The position numbers and the translations under genes are program-made. The notes under the pieces were generated by a model that ran no database searches, was not told the origin of the DNA, and worked only from the letters and a program-made list of their open reading frames with translations. A stretch of 64,000 nt of DNA. Source: Lama guanicoe (taxonomy: Eukaryota). The number at the start of each line of letters is the position of its first letter. The first letter of the stretch is position 1. The stretch lies in contig MU053561.1 of NCBI GenBank assembly GCA_013239625.1, positions 2,930,283-2,994,282 of the forward strand, read 5' to 3'. Positions 1 through 12,714 of this stretch are shown here, one piece after another.

Positions 1-1080
1 CTTTCATTGATTTTTCTCTATTAATTTTCTTTTTTAATTTTATTGATTTCTGCTTTAATTGTTACTTCTTTTGGTTCCTTTGCATTTATCTTGCTCTTCT
101 TTTCCTAGTTTCCTAAGGTGGAAACTCAGATTATTGACTTAAGAGTTTTCTTCTTTTCTAATTCAATGCTATAAATTTTCCTCTAATCACTCCCTGCATA
201 TCACAGCTTTTGATAAGTTGTATTTTAATTTTCATCTAGTTTAAAATTTTTTAATGTCTCTTGAAAATTTTTTTGTGACCCATGTGTTACTTAGAAGTGT
301 GTTGTTTAATCTGCACATATTTTGGGATTTCCTAGTATCTTTCTGTTACTGATTTCTACTTAAATTCCATTGTGGTCTACCAGCAGACATTGTAGGATTT
401 CTATTTTTCAAATTTGTTAAGCAGTGTTTTATGGCCCAGAATGTGGTCTGTCTTGGTGAATGCTCCTTGTGAATTTGAGAAGAATGTTCACTGGATGAAG
501 TAGTCTGTAGGTGTCTATTATAGACAGTTGATTGAAGGTGTTGTTGAATTCAACTATGATTTTCTGCTTACTGGATCTGTCCATTTCTGATTGAGCAGTG
601 CTAAAGTCACCAACTATAACCTATTACCAGTTTTTGCCTCATGTAGTTTGATGATCTGTTATTATGTGTATACACAACAGGAACTGTTATGTCTTCTTGG
701 AGAATTAACTCCTTTATTCATTATATAATGTCCTTCTTCATTCCTGATAATTTTCTTTACTTTACTCTGTCTAAAATTAATATAGCTATTCCAGCTTTCT
801 TTTGATTAGTGTTAACATGGTATATTTTTCTCCATCCATTTCCTTTTAATCTGTATGTCTTTATGTTTAAAGTGAGTTTCTTGTAGACAAGATATAGTTG
901 GGTCGTGTTTTTCATCCACCCTGACAATCTCTGTCTTTTAATTGATGCATTTAGACCATTGACATTCAAAGTGATTATTGATATAGTTTGGTTTAATATC
1001 TACCATATTCATTACTATTTTTTGTTGCCCTTGTTTTTTCTTCCTGTTTTTGTCTCCCACTCTCTTTCTGCCCTTTGTGT
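1..1080 (-). mobile_element. Degraded LINE-1 fragment covering the ORF2 endonuclease N-terminus
   Basis: Minus-strand ORF 757-969 reads NVNGLNASIKRQRL...WRKIYHVNTNQKKAGIAILI, the typical start of L1 ORF2p APE endonuclease. The T-rich + strand continues to base 1, and the frame is broken by stops. Confidence 0.9.
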
Positions 1081-1965
1081 CTAGACCTTTTTATGCAGTT
1101 ATATATAATACTTTGATCTTTTTTAATTTATAGAAGTGATATTTGCTTATTGTAAAATAATTCAAAGAGTACAGAGATGTCTGAAATAAAAAAAAAATGT
1201 TACTTAAAAAAAGTGATTTCTGCCTGGAAGAACATCCTGTTGTAGGCTGAGAGGGAAAATGGAAGGGGTAGTGGGGTCGGGGGATGCCTTGGCCAGAATT
1301 GGGGACATGGGTCTTTTTGAAGGCAGCATCATCAAAGAAAATGAGATCTGGACAGCAGAGGCAGTACCAGGAGAAGGAAATGGGGAAAGTGGAATACGAA
1401 AGGGGAATTAGACTGCTGAGAAGAAAAACTTAATTTCTATTTCTATGTTAAGGTCCACTTCCTAAGTACAGCATTATTTTCAGGGGTCAAAGGCCCTTTG
1501 TGGGGTGGGAAGGAAATTAAGGAGATATTTAATAAGCAGGTACAGCTGAATGTGTGTGGTTAAAGTACAGTCTAGTATCTATTTATTTATTTATTTGTCA
1601 GGGCTGTTTATAACCTGCTTCCAGCTTGGACAGATTGTTCTGACCCTGATGCCCTGGCTCGTTCAGGCCACTTAACACTGTTTAGTTTCCAGGGCAATAA
1701 TGTGTATGATCCCCTGATGAAGTGCTTCTGTAAGGTCTGTGGGCAGAACGCACTCTGAGTGAGCTCAGCATTGCATCACAGGGGCCGGTATCCAATGGCC
1801 TTCAGCTGCTTTCTTCTGCCCATTCACTAGAGGAGAATGAAACTCTCTTGACCCAACTCAGTGAAGAGTCTTTGCAGAAGGGAGGAGCTCAAAGCTATTG
1901 AGAGCCTTCAGTTAGGATTTGTTCTTTAATTTGGGTACCTGGTTGGCGCTCAGTAGACAGACATC

Positions 1966-2198
1966 TTTTTTTTTTCATTTTTTATAGAAGTGTAGTTGAT
2001 TTACAATGTTGTGTTAGTTTCAGGTGTACAGCAACGTGATTCAGTTATACATATATATGTGTGTGTGTGTATATACACATATATAAATATATATATGTTC
2101 TTTTCCATTATGGTTTCTTATAGTATATTAAATATAGTTCCCTGTGCTATACAGTAGGACCTTGTTGTTATTCTGTTTTATGTATAGTAGTTTGTATC
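1966..2198 (-). mobile_element. LINE-1 3' end fragment (laurasiatherian type) with internal (TA)/(TG) microsatellite
   Basis: Poly-T followed by gaagtgtagttgatttacaatgttgtgttagtttcaggtgtacagc...ccctgtgctatacagtaggaccttg. The same motif recurs at about 31720, 41070, 51400 and 57640. Confidence 0.8.
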
Positions 2199-3224
2199 AG
2201 GCAGAGACATCTTAAAACATAGTTCTTGACACTGCTATGTGTTAGAGTCTTTAAAGCTCCTAATGCCCAGGCTTCTGCATGTCAGACCAGTTACATGGAG
2301 TGGGGTCCAAGCCCTGTTATTTTTTAAAGCTCTCCAAATAATTCCAGTATGTGTCTAAGGTTGAGAAGTAGTGCCTTAAAGAAAGATGCTGGCTCATCCT
2401 GACCATCCTCCAGCCTTCTCTGCTGTGGGTAGGGAGTTCTATCTTAGAACACTGAAATGCAGGGAGACCTCAGTGTTATGAATGTAGTTAAATTGTTTCC
2501 AAAGTTCTTCATGTCAAAAGTACTGCAAACATTTGGTTCAAGTGTCACTATACGTATATTTTTTAAATTGTCATAGAGTACGCATATTAAAAATGTTATA
2601 CACCAAATTTTAACTTGCTGAAAATAACTAATGAGCTGTCTTCTCGATGACCTTCAGTGTAGTCATGGATGCTGTCAACTAGAATGTATCATGTAAATTC
2701 ACATACCACTTTGCTCTAGTGATTTGCCACCTGCCCCCACCCTCCTCCCTTTTCACTTTCCTCACTTCTGTTGCTGAAGCCAAGATGTAAAATTTTGTTT
2801 AGGAGGAAAGGTTCTGCACGAAAAAAAAGTTTATAAGCCACAGGCCTTCCTTGTAGGGTCTGTTTTAGATTAGATCAGCTTGCTTTGAGGCACAATCATC
2901 CCCTGGGCTGGGCTTAAAGTTGCATCCCACCAGGATTTGAGTGGTCCCAGCTGTTCCCCAGCTGAGTCCACTTCAGATAGGTTTATACTGGGACAGCTGT
3001 GAGTCCCTTTTGGAGGTGGCATGGGGGAAGCTTTCCTGGGAGTGGGAGTGGGGCTGGGCTGCAGCTGTGGGTGGAGGTGGGTGGCCCAGAGATGGTGTCA
3101 TTGTCAAGATGCCATTGGCGTGTCCTTGAGGGATCTCTGGCCAAAACCCTGTCCTCCATGGATCCAGAGCCCCAGAATATTCCAGCCAGAGGGGCCCTAG
3201 CTAGCAGCTCTTTATTAAGGACTA

Positions 3225-3410
3225 ATTATGGGCTAGGCCCTGTGCAAGAGGCTTTGCAGATGTGGTCTTATTCAGTCTTTTGGAGAGCTCTATGAGGCAC
3301 ACTTATTATCCCCATCTTACAGAGGAGAAAACTGAGGCTTGGAGAGGTTAAGTAACTTATCCAAGGTCACAGTAATAAGTGACAAGGCCAGCATTGGCAC
3401 ATGTGCTAGC
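3225..3410. mobile_element. MIR SINE
   Basis: MIR core attatccccatcttacagaggagaaaactgaggcttggagaggttaagtaacttatccaaggtcacag; boundaries approximate. Confidence 0.8.
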
Positions 3411-4493
3411 CTCCCCCAAAGCCACCTTAGAAATCATTTTATGGATGAAGAGATCAAGGTCCAGATAGGAGAAACAGCTTGTGCAAGATGACACAGTCAG
3501 TTCCAGTTCCGGGCAGGGCTGCGACTAGTACTCAGCGGCTCTTTCTGGCACACCACTGTGCCCTGCTGCTGCAAAGGGCAAGGCCAAGGGGCGCGGTCCC
3601 TCCCACCTTCTCAGTGCCTCGGGTGGAATCAATTATGTCGGCATGGAATGAGAAAGCAAAGTATCTTTCCCACCCCTATGTCTGTGAGGGGGACACGGAG
3701 AAGGCAGGCCGAGGCCATCTGGAGAAGCACATCCTGACCAGAAGGCAGGGTGGCCAGTGGTGAACCAGGGTTGTGGTCTCCAGGGCGGCCTGACTTCCTT
3801 GTTATGGGGCTGTGCTGTCAGTTGCCCCCATCGGCAGTGTGTGGGCATCTGGGCGACGGGATCTGCTTCAGCCCCTCAGATTCCTGTTGGTGTCTGCTCA
3901 GAACGGCAGCAGACTGCAGGGGCTCAGCTCTGCCTCTGCTCGCCAAGGCAAGAGGATGTAGGAGATGCGCCTCTCCGTGGTGTCCCGGGAGCAGCGACCT
4001 TGGAGAGCAAGGGTGCCACACCGAAGAAAGGCCCCAGGTCTACCCTCCACCAGCCCTCTAGTCAAGAAAGGAGCGTTTCATTTCAGCCAGCTTGCAAGAT
4101 GGTTGCTTTTTTTTGTTTTCCTTTGAATTTGTGCCAAGGATTCAACTTTTCCTGCTCATTTTGTTAAAACTTTATAAACAGCATTAATAAATAGATATAA
4201 AACTGCTGCATAAATGACAGAGGAACTAAGTGAAATTCCCAAAGGGCAACCATTGAATAAGTAACAGCCCTGTCCTCGCATGATCAAATTCCCATATATG
4301 CAAATTAGGGCCAGCGCTTTTCCGCAGAGTGTTTTAATTAATATTTATAAATCACAGAGCACCTCAGAAAGGGCCAGTGAGCTATTTATATTATGATCAT
4401 GTCACACGAATAACAAACCCTTTGAAGATTGCTGCCTACTTTGCATTTTGGTCCGAGAAGTAAGTGAGCCTGTTGTTTGTGTCTCCCACACAG

Positions 4494-4871
4494 GTGTAGT
4501 GTCAGCACAGCGGCAAGTCGCCGTCCAGGAAGGGCCCTTGTACCGCACGGAGGGCTCCCACATCACCATCTGGTGCAACGTGAGTGGCTACCAGGGGCCT
4601 CCCGAGCAGAATTTCCAGTGGTCCATTTACCTACCCTCCGCCCCCGAGCGCGAGGTCCAGATTGTCAGCACCATGGACCCTTCTTTCCCTTACGCCATCT
4701 ACACCCAGCGTGTCCGCAGCAAGAAGATCTACGTGGACAGAGTCCAGGGGAACTCGGCCTTACTGCACATCACCGATCTCCAGGCCCGGGATGCTGGGGA
4801 GTATGAGTGCCACACGCCCAACACCGATGAGCGGTACTTTGGGAGTTACAGTGCCAAGATGAACCTCGTGG
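4494..4871 (+). CDS. IGSF3: IGSF3 coding exon, Ig-V domain 1 (378 nt, phase 1/1)
   Basis: Acceptor ctcccacacag at 4493, donor G|gtaagg at 4872. Encodes (G)VVSAQRQVAVQEGPLYRTEGSHITIWCNVSGY...DAGEYECHTPNTDERYFGSYSAKMNLV, recognised as the IGSF3 N-terminal domain. Confidence 0.96.
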
Positions 4872-4914
4872 GTAAGGAGGCGACTGTGTTCACATGGCTG
4901 GTGTCCTGCCTAAG

Positions 4915-5271
4915 TGTCATAGTCGGTTTGCTGCTGTAATAAATCATCATAGAATGGACTGGGTGCTTCGACAACAAGCATTTATTTCTCACAGTTCTGG
5001 AGGCTGGAAGTCTGAGATCAGGGAGCCAGCAGGGTTGGCTCTGGTGAGGGCCCTCTTGGGGGTTGGAGACTGCTGACTTCTTGTCTCCTTACATGGCAGA
5101 AAGGGAACGAGAGGGCTGTCTGATCCCTTTGTAAGGGCACTAATTCCATTCACGAGGGCTCCACCCTCGTGACTGAATCACCTCCCAAAGGCCTCATCTC
5201 CAGGTACTATCACCCTGGGGATTAGGTTTCAACATAGGAATCTGGGGGACATAAACCTTCAGTCCACAACA
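4915..5271 (-). mobile_element. MLT1 (ERVL-MaLR) solo LTR
   Basis: Characteristic tttatttctcacagttctggaggctggaagtctgagatcaggg...aatcacctcccaaaggcc...ggattaggtttcaacatagga; TG...CA ends. Confidence 0.8.
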
Positions 5272-6812
5272 GTGAGTCACTTCTTTTATAGTGAAGTTTT
5301 ATTTGACTTTAAAAGAAGAACCCAAAGCTCCCCAAATATTTCAGAGATCAACAGGTAAGTGAACCAAGTTTGTGTGTTCAACTTGTGAGTAATAGGAGGT
5401 TGAAGCTGAAACTTAAAGAAGATCTAACACCAATGTTAAGACTGTCAGAGAAGGTTGACGGACCCTCTAGCTGGTGAAAGGGATATGAAAATATAAGGCA
5501 CAGATGTTTGTGGTTGATGAGCTGGAGAAATGACGAGGAAGACAGAGCCTATGACATCAGCTGGCAGTGGGTGAAACCTCTAAGACATGATGGGCCTTTG
5601 GATGGGCTCTGAGCCGCTGGGGGGGCGCTGCTGAGTCAGGAAGCAAACGCAGCTGCAGGGCTTTGCTCAGACCTGAAGTGGGTCTGTGTGTCCTTTGGCT
5701 TCAGAGTAAGGAATGTGCACCAGCTGCCTCCCTTGGCCTGGTGCGCCGTGGGCAATGGAGGGAGCCAGAGAAGGAGGGAGAAGGGAGATTTCAGTGTGGA
5801 CGGCTCTGGGCCACACTGTTTGCCATTGTGAAGGGTCAGACATATTGAGGCTATTCTGTTTTTCTGTCCAAGTCGTAATTTCCAGGCTTAATTGTGGTAA
5901 GAAAGGCTGGAAGTTAAGATTTTCACCCGTCACAGTGGCAAGCATCGTGGCCCTGAGCGGCCTGCAATGGAATCTCCCCACTCCCTCCACCGCAGGCTTC
6001 CTTCGGCTCCTTTTCCTTTCTCTGACAAGTCTTCATCCCAACAGGAGGCCTGTGAGATCCAGCCCTGGGCTGAGCGTGGTGAGAAGACACAGCCTAGTTG
6101 TGATTGGGGTGGCCTTGTCAGCCTGCGGTGGTGGGGGGTGATGTTTAGTCTCCAGGGTAAAATTCTGACCGAGGGACCACAGGGAAATCTCTTCACTTGT
6201 CTGGCCCGTCCCCGTACTTCTAGTGCATGAACATGACACATGTTGACACATGACTTGTATGAAAATAAAACCTACGAAAAAGTTGAGAATGCTGCTGTTT
6301 TTCTCTACCATAACTGTTTAAAAAAAATAGCCTTCCTAGAGTACTGCATTGCTGAAGTGAGTTGGGGGAATGTGGGCGTGGGGTGATGAGAATGGAGAAA
6401 ATGAGCAAGATGTGTAGAAATGTGAAACTCCAAGTGCCAGAAACTCTTTTTCTTTGAAGATCAGTCAGAAGCCAACTAACTTAAAGTGTCTGGAAGCACT
6501 CCCACCGTGAACAACAAAATCTCATTTGACTTAGCAAAAAATTCCTCTTACGTGGTAACTTCAGGGAGTTCATTTATTACATAAAACGAAATACAACTTC
6601 ACTTTTTAGCTGAGATACCAAACCGGTAAGTGTAAGTGCCCCCAGATTGCAGCCCAAGTTCAGACAGAAAGTTCGTTCTGTTTCTGGGTCACCTGGAGGA
6701 CCTCGGTGACCCCGCAGTGATAGTGGAAGGCAGAGTGGGTGGGAGTTTCGCCCTTGTGAGTGTAAGATCTGTGGCCTTGTGACCGCGCCCTCGGGCCGCT
6801 TCTGTGTTGCAG

Positions 6813-7223
6813 TGATCCCGGACTCCCTGCAGACCACCGCCGTGCCGCAGACCATGCACAAAGTGGAGCAGGACCCCCTGGAGCTCACTTGCGAGGTGGC
6901 CACGGAGACGCTGCAGCACAGCCACCTGTCTGTGGCCTGGCTCCGGCAGAGGGGCGGCGAGAAGCCGGTGGAGGTCATTTCCCTGAGCCGGGATTTCGTG
7001 CTGCAGTCCAGCAGTGACTACGCGCAGAGGCAGAGCCTGGGGGAGGTGCGTCTGGACAAGCTGGGGGCCAGCACCTTCCGCCTCACCATCTTCCACCTGC
7101 AGCCCTTCGACCAGGGCGAGTTCTACTGCGAGGCGGCCGAGTGGATCCAGGACCCCGACGGCTCGTGGTACCCCATGACCCGAAAGCGTTCCGAGGGGAC
7201 CGTGGTCAACATCCAGCCCACTG
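6813..7223 (+). CDS. IGSF3: IGSF3 coding exon, Ig-V domain 2 with the EWI motif (411 nt, phase 1/1)
   Basis: Acceptor tgtgttgcag at 6812, donor G|gtcagt at 7224. Encodes IPDSLQTTAVPQ...LELTCEVA...GEFYCEAAEWIQDPDGSWY...NIQPT; Glu-Trp-Ile is the signature of the EWI family. Confidence 0.96.
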
Positions 7224-8889
7224 GTCAGTCTCCTGTCCCCATCCTCTGTCTGGTGAGGAGGGTGGGCGGATTCTGGGAGGCTGTGCAGACCCCTTCCTTC
7301 GGTGACTCTGAAAGGACTCGGGTTGCTGAGGGCCCAGGTATCCCCAGACCTGACCTCCCAGTGAGTCACAGAGAGGAGCTGCCCAGACTGGAGCCTGCTT
7401 ACAGACGTGGCTGCTTTGACCTGCGTGGAGTTCTACATGTTTTAGAATTACAAATTCTGTTTAAAACTTGGGAGATTTTTACCCAAACTGTTTGGATCTT
7501 GGGACTGGGTTCCCGTTAGCCACGGTGGCCGCCCTGCTTTGGTGACGTTGCCTGTTTCCGCTTCATTGGTGGAAGACATTTGAGTTTCTGAGCCTTGCAT
7601 CGTTGGTGTGAAATTACGAACTAGGGGAATTTGGGCTTAAATTATCATTTTTTATACTAATAATCCTTCTTTGCTGGTGGTTTATAATTTCCAAAATGCC
7701 TTATCCCATGTTACTTCACATCCCCTCAGTAGTTCTGTGAGGTAAGTAGGTGGTGGGGAAGACATGGGGGGCTGATCGCTTTATAGTGGGGCCCCGAGAC
7801 CAGCCAGGGGGCACGCTGGGGAGGCCAGCCCCAAGAGTACCAGGTGCTACATAAACACTTTTGTCAAGTGAAAGACCTGGAAAGGGAGCTCCCTGAGGAG
7901 GCTGAGTGATGTGCTTGTGGCTGGGACAAGATGACAGTGGCACGTGGGGCTGAGATCCTCCCTGACGCCTTGTAGATGCTGCCACAATCTCAGACTGCGC
8001 TCTCCCGGCCCCCAAGTGCAGCCAGGATCCAGGTCAGAGCCAACAGCAGATACTGGCTGCCTTGGCTGGGCTCGGGGCAGGCTCTCCACGGGCTTTCTGT
8101 CCCCTGGCATGGGTTGGAGGGTGGTGATTGTGCCGTCACTGACGTGCAGTAAGTGACCCAAGTTACACTTGTCCTGGTGAGTAGAGGTGTGGTGCATGCG
8201 AGATGGGCGGGGGCGTCTGAGGTACGGGTAGGGGTCCCCTATTCAGTACCTGTCTCGTGACCTCCCAATGGCCTTGGTCTTTGCATAGTTCTTCTGCTAC
8301 GTGTTCTGTCATTCTAGAGCTGTGCTTCAGACTTACCTAACAGTACAGATTCCTGAACTGGGCTCCCGGGAAGCTGGGTTTCTAGTACACTTCCCACGTG
8401 ATTCTTCCGCTGTCTACGCTTTGTTGAGCATGGCTCTAGATAGAGGTCAAAGGGCAGAAGCGATTCTCTGGACATCTGATGGATGTGAGGGCTTTTACGG
8501 AAACAGTTGGACTCATGGACAGGTAGCATTTTATCTGCTCTGTAGGACCCAGAGCATTTGCAAGCTCCTGGAACTTCCGGTGCTGAGACATCTATGGAAG
8601 GCGCTTTATTTCATATTTATCCTTCCCTTCCTGGAATGGTTTTAAGATCAGCTTCAAAAGTCTGGGCCAAGTTTTGAGTCTTAATGCTTTTAAATTAGGT
8701 TGCATCTGTTAATCTTCTTTATTTTAATCTTACCAATTTGGAATTAGGATTTTTTGAATTTGCCCAGCAAATGTATCCAGACTAAGCCAGCAGAGGGAAA
8801 ACTAGGTGAAAAAAAAGTTGGTGACTTTACTCCACATCCCTGTGCCGCTCCGGTTCAGTGGTTGTAGCCCCTACTTTGCCGTTCTCTTA

Positions 8890-9250
8890 GCTCATTTCAG
8901 TAAACATGCAGTAAGTCTCTGCAGCATTGTAGGTGTGTGATAGGCATTGGGGTTCAAAGATGAATAACACCTGATCCCTGCATTCAGGGAACTGTAGATC
9001 TGAAAGCCAGTGGCCAAGTGGAGGCCGTTCAGTGCTCTGACAGTGTTGTGGATGGAATGCCACAGGGACACGATGATTATAAAGTGTTGTTGCAACAGTG
9101 TCTCCCCTGGATGGGGTAGTTAAGACAAATTCAGGAAAACCAACCATTTGATAACTTGAGCTGAGTCTTGAACTTTAGCAGACATCACGAGGAGAAGCAT
9201 AAAGGTCCAAAGTACATGTTTGGCAAGCACAGGGAAGCCATGTATGAGCA
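8890..9250. mobile_element. Probable degraded L2 fragment
   Basis: ctcatttcagtaaacatgcagtaag...gatccctgcattcagggaactgtagatctg pattern typical of L2 3' ends; boundaries approximate. Confidence 0.5.
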
Positions 9251-12200
9251 GGTGTTGAGTTCCGGATACGAGTGGTGAGAGGAGGTGGGAAAGGTGGCCT
9301 GAAGCCCCACATGCTGGATTGTGAGCTTGGCATTGACTGTGTGGTCCAAGCATTTCCAGCTGTTCTTAGAATCCTAGGCGCCCGTAGAGGTGCTGAGAAG
9401 TGGCGTGGGTGGGTGTGGGTGTGTGCTCATGTGTGTGGGCACACGCCAGGGGTGCTGAGGAAGGCATGTGAGGGCCGCAATCTTCCTCCTTGCCTCAACC
9501 AAACGTTTTCTGTATTGGGCAGCAAAAGATTTTGTATGACAAAAGGGAGTGCCCCCCCTTCTCCTGCCACCTGTCATCTGCCCAGTAAAGTTTGAAAATC
9601 ACTGCTGCAGATACTTGGAGCGGGGAATAGAGATTTTTAAGCCAAGAGTGACAGAATCAGATCTGGAGTTTATAAGGGAAGGACCATGGAGGCCACCTAG
9701 ATGTGGGTTGAACAGGTTGGTCTGAAGTCAAGAGACCAGGCAGGAAAAGAGCTGAGGAGGCCAGGGCAGAGTGAGTGGCAGTGGCTGAGAAAGCGGGCAG
9801 TGGGTGCAATAGGCAACAGAATGGAGAGCACTGTGGAAGGAAGGGTCCAACTGCTGGGAGCCCGGAGTCCTGAGGTGGGGCCCTGGGTGAGTCTCTGAAC
9901 TGCAATAGGGAGGGATGGGGTAATGAGGATGGGTGAAGTCCTTCCTGGAAACTTCTGCTTCCCCTTGAGTGGCCACAGTGGTTGTCTTTTCTTCTATTTC
10001 AGTCAGTTTTGGTTAAGGAGTCCATCCTGCAAGCAAACTCTCATAGGGACACTCGGTATATGAACCCCCCAGCGTGTCATCAGACATGGAGCTCAGTTAG
10101 AGGCTGAACTTGGGAGTCCTGAGGGCCCAGGAAAAACCCTCAGGGTGAAAACAGGAAAGGGCCAGGAGGGCTGCAGCAGTGAGAGCAGGTCAGGGGAGTG
10201 GGTCCCCGTGACAGAGGGAGAAACAGGGGTCAGGCCAGGAGGAGGAGAAGCAGGAGGGAAGGTGTCATGGACCCAAGGGAGGAGAGCTGGCCCGGAGACT
10301 GAAACCTGCTTGAGAAAAGCCTTCGGTTGTGATGAAGGGAGGGGGAGGAGACATTGGTGACATTTGCTAGGTCAGCGACGTGTGGGAGATGGCCGGAAGG
10401 GAAGTTTCAGTGAGCCGAGGAGTGAGGGGCTATTGGAGAAAGCATAAATCAATTTCTGGAGGTTTCATTGACTGGGAATAACCAAGGGCAAGTTGCTGTG
10501 CAGAACGGAGGGTGGTGTGCTTTGAATCTTGTCTTCAGCCTGGGAATGTGAAAGCTTCACCAAGCCGTGGAAGGGCTCCCATGAGATCATAGGCATCTGG
10601 CTGCCAAAAAGAGAAAGCCCTGAGGGTGGGGCCCTGGGTGATTCTTTGAACAGCTGAAGCCAGCCTCACTCTTGAGGAAGTGGGAAGGCTGAGGTCTGGG
10701 GTATCTGTTTGCACGTCTTCAGTGGCATTTATGGGGAAGGGGTGCTTCTTTATCGTTAATCCTGAGTTAACTGGAATCTGGTTGACCAGAGAGCTCATAA
10801 CATGTGGATGTTGCAGCTCAGCCCCGCTTGGCGGTGTGTGCCCAGGCAGAGCCTGGCGGAGGGAGCCCGTGCCGCTCAGGGCTGGCCTCTGGGGAGAGGG
10901 GAGCTGAGGCAGCAGCGGTCACCTTGGAGGCCAGCCCCTGCAGTCCAGTGTGGTTTGCTTTGTCAGAAAGTCTGGGGAAAAAAGAAGGAGCTAGTTTGCT
11001 GGAGAGGCTGGGTGTCTGGGACAAGACACTGGTCCAGCAGGAGGGGAGGAGGTGGAGAGCCTGAAGAACAGCTGGTACGGAGTCAGGCTGGGGCTGGAGA
11101 CAGGAGTGTGGGAACAGTGCTCTTGTGATTCCTGTGTTTTGTAGGGAAATAGAATTCTCATATGAATGCATGGAATAGGGGCATAAGAATGGGGCAGGGG
11201 CCCTCAAGAGAGTGGTAAAGGTTTGGAAATACCAGTGCAGAGAAGGCAGTCCAGACTGGAGCTAATGGATCTACAGGGAATTCAGTCGTCCCTGTAATGT
11301 GATTTTCCCCTCCATGCTCTCCTTAGGGGAACAGAGCTAGAACGGGGAGAAGGAGGGACTTGGGCAGCGGTTACAGCTGCAGCCTCCCACACCCAAGGTT
11401 CTGTGGTCCTGTTTTCCAGGACAAGGGCCTCTCCAACCCTTCACCCCCTGGTCTTCTGCCGTGGGTGCCTGTGAGATACGATAACCGTCTCCTGGCGTTG
11501 GCAGTCACTGTGCACCGTTACATGGTGTGTATGGGTGTGTAGCGGTGATGAGCCATTCTCTGATCACCTGCCCCCAAGCCTGGTTAAATCCCTGGCCCTT
11601 TGAGGGGTGCTTGGGTTCACTGACCATTTCAGAGGTTACCTGGATGTAGGTGCTTGCCCACTCCATCTTTCTAGAGGCTAATCTGACAGGTGATGGACTA
11701 GTGAGAAGACATTAGTTTTCACTTTTCCTACGCAGTGTTGTTAGGCATTGTCTTATCTGTGTCTTATTTCTAGTATTTACATGGAGGTGGAGAACATATT
11801 TCTTTCTCTCTATTTTTTTTCTCTGAGTATTTATTAGGGTTGGGGTCAGCACCTAGGCCACTGTATAATTTTGTCTCACAAATCTCAGCAGGGTAAGTCC
11901 TACAATACTTGCTGAAAATATTTGTAATCCTGATGCTTAACTGGAGTTCTGGGCATGTAGATGAAGGCTGGACCTTCATAATCTGCCGCGTAAGTGACAT
12001 TGGGAATGATACTGCTTACTGACCTCCGGAAGTCTAACCTAGGGCGTTACATGCTGCAGACAGAGCCCCATTTTCCTGTCGGGGTTAACAAGCCCCTTTG
12101 ACTGTCTGGATCTACTGCCTTTGAGTGTTTTTCTGTGATATTCAAGGGTTTTTCTGGGTCTCAGATCCCCAGGGTGTGAATTGGGTTCTTCTCTCAAGAC

Positions 12201-12324
12201 AAGTACAGAAGTTCCTTCCCAGTAGTTAGCTTTGTAAGAAGGCACGGGTAGAGGGAATTTGCTGACACAGTTTGGAGAGCTGAGGCCTGTGTTCACCCAG
12301 GATGCGTCTGTTTTGTTTTCTCAG

Positions 12325-12714
12325 ACAAAGAGTTCACCGTTCGGCTGGAAACGGAGAAGCGGCTGTACACGGTGGGTGAGCCGGTGGAGTTCAGATGCAT
12401 CCTGGAGGCGCAGAACATTCCCGACCGCTACTTTGCCGTCTCCTGGGCTTTCAACAGCTCGCTCATTGCCAGCATGGGCCCTAACGCCGTGCCGGTCCTC
12501 AACAGTGAGTTCACCCATCGGGAAGCCCGGGGCCAGCTCAAAGTGGCCAAGGAGAGCGACAGCGTCTTTGTGCTGAAGATCTACCACCTCCGCCAGGAGG
12601 ACAGTGGCAAGTACAACTGTCGTGTGACGGAGAGAGAGAAGACGGTCAGCGGGGAGTTCATCGACAAGGAGAGCAAGCGTCCCAAGAACATCCCCATCAT
12701 CGTCCTCCCCATCA
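12325..12714 (+). CDS. IGSF3: IGSF3 coding exon, Ig-V domain 3 (390 nt, phase 1/1)
   Basis: Acceptor ttttgttttctcag at 12324, donor A|gtgagt at 12715. Encodes (D)KEFTVRLETEKRLYTVGEPVEFRCILEAQN...DSGKYNCRVTERE...KNIPIIVLPI. Confidence 0.96.

Noticed and set aside
757..969. L1-derived ORFs as functional genes (also 32197-32430, 41369-41584, 58056-58673)
   Set aside because: Short, frame-broken pieces of L1 ORF2 or its antisense strand; no intact retrotransposon in the window.
4448..4493. ORF-track N-terminal extension as the IGSF3 start
   Set aside because: The track starts at a non-ATG codon in intronic sequence before a clear acceptor at 4493. The true signal-peptide exon is upstream of the window.
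6689..7369. Antisense ORFs overlapping IGSF3 exons (also 12321-12767, 17219-17728, 20819-21490, 32665-33210, 36631-37305)
   Set aside because: Shadows of GC3-rich coding exons, with no independent coding signal.
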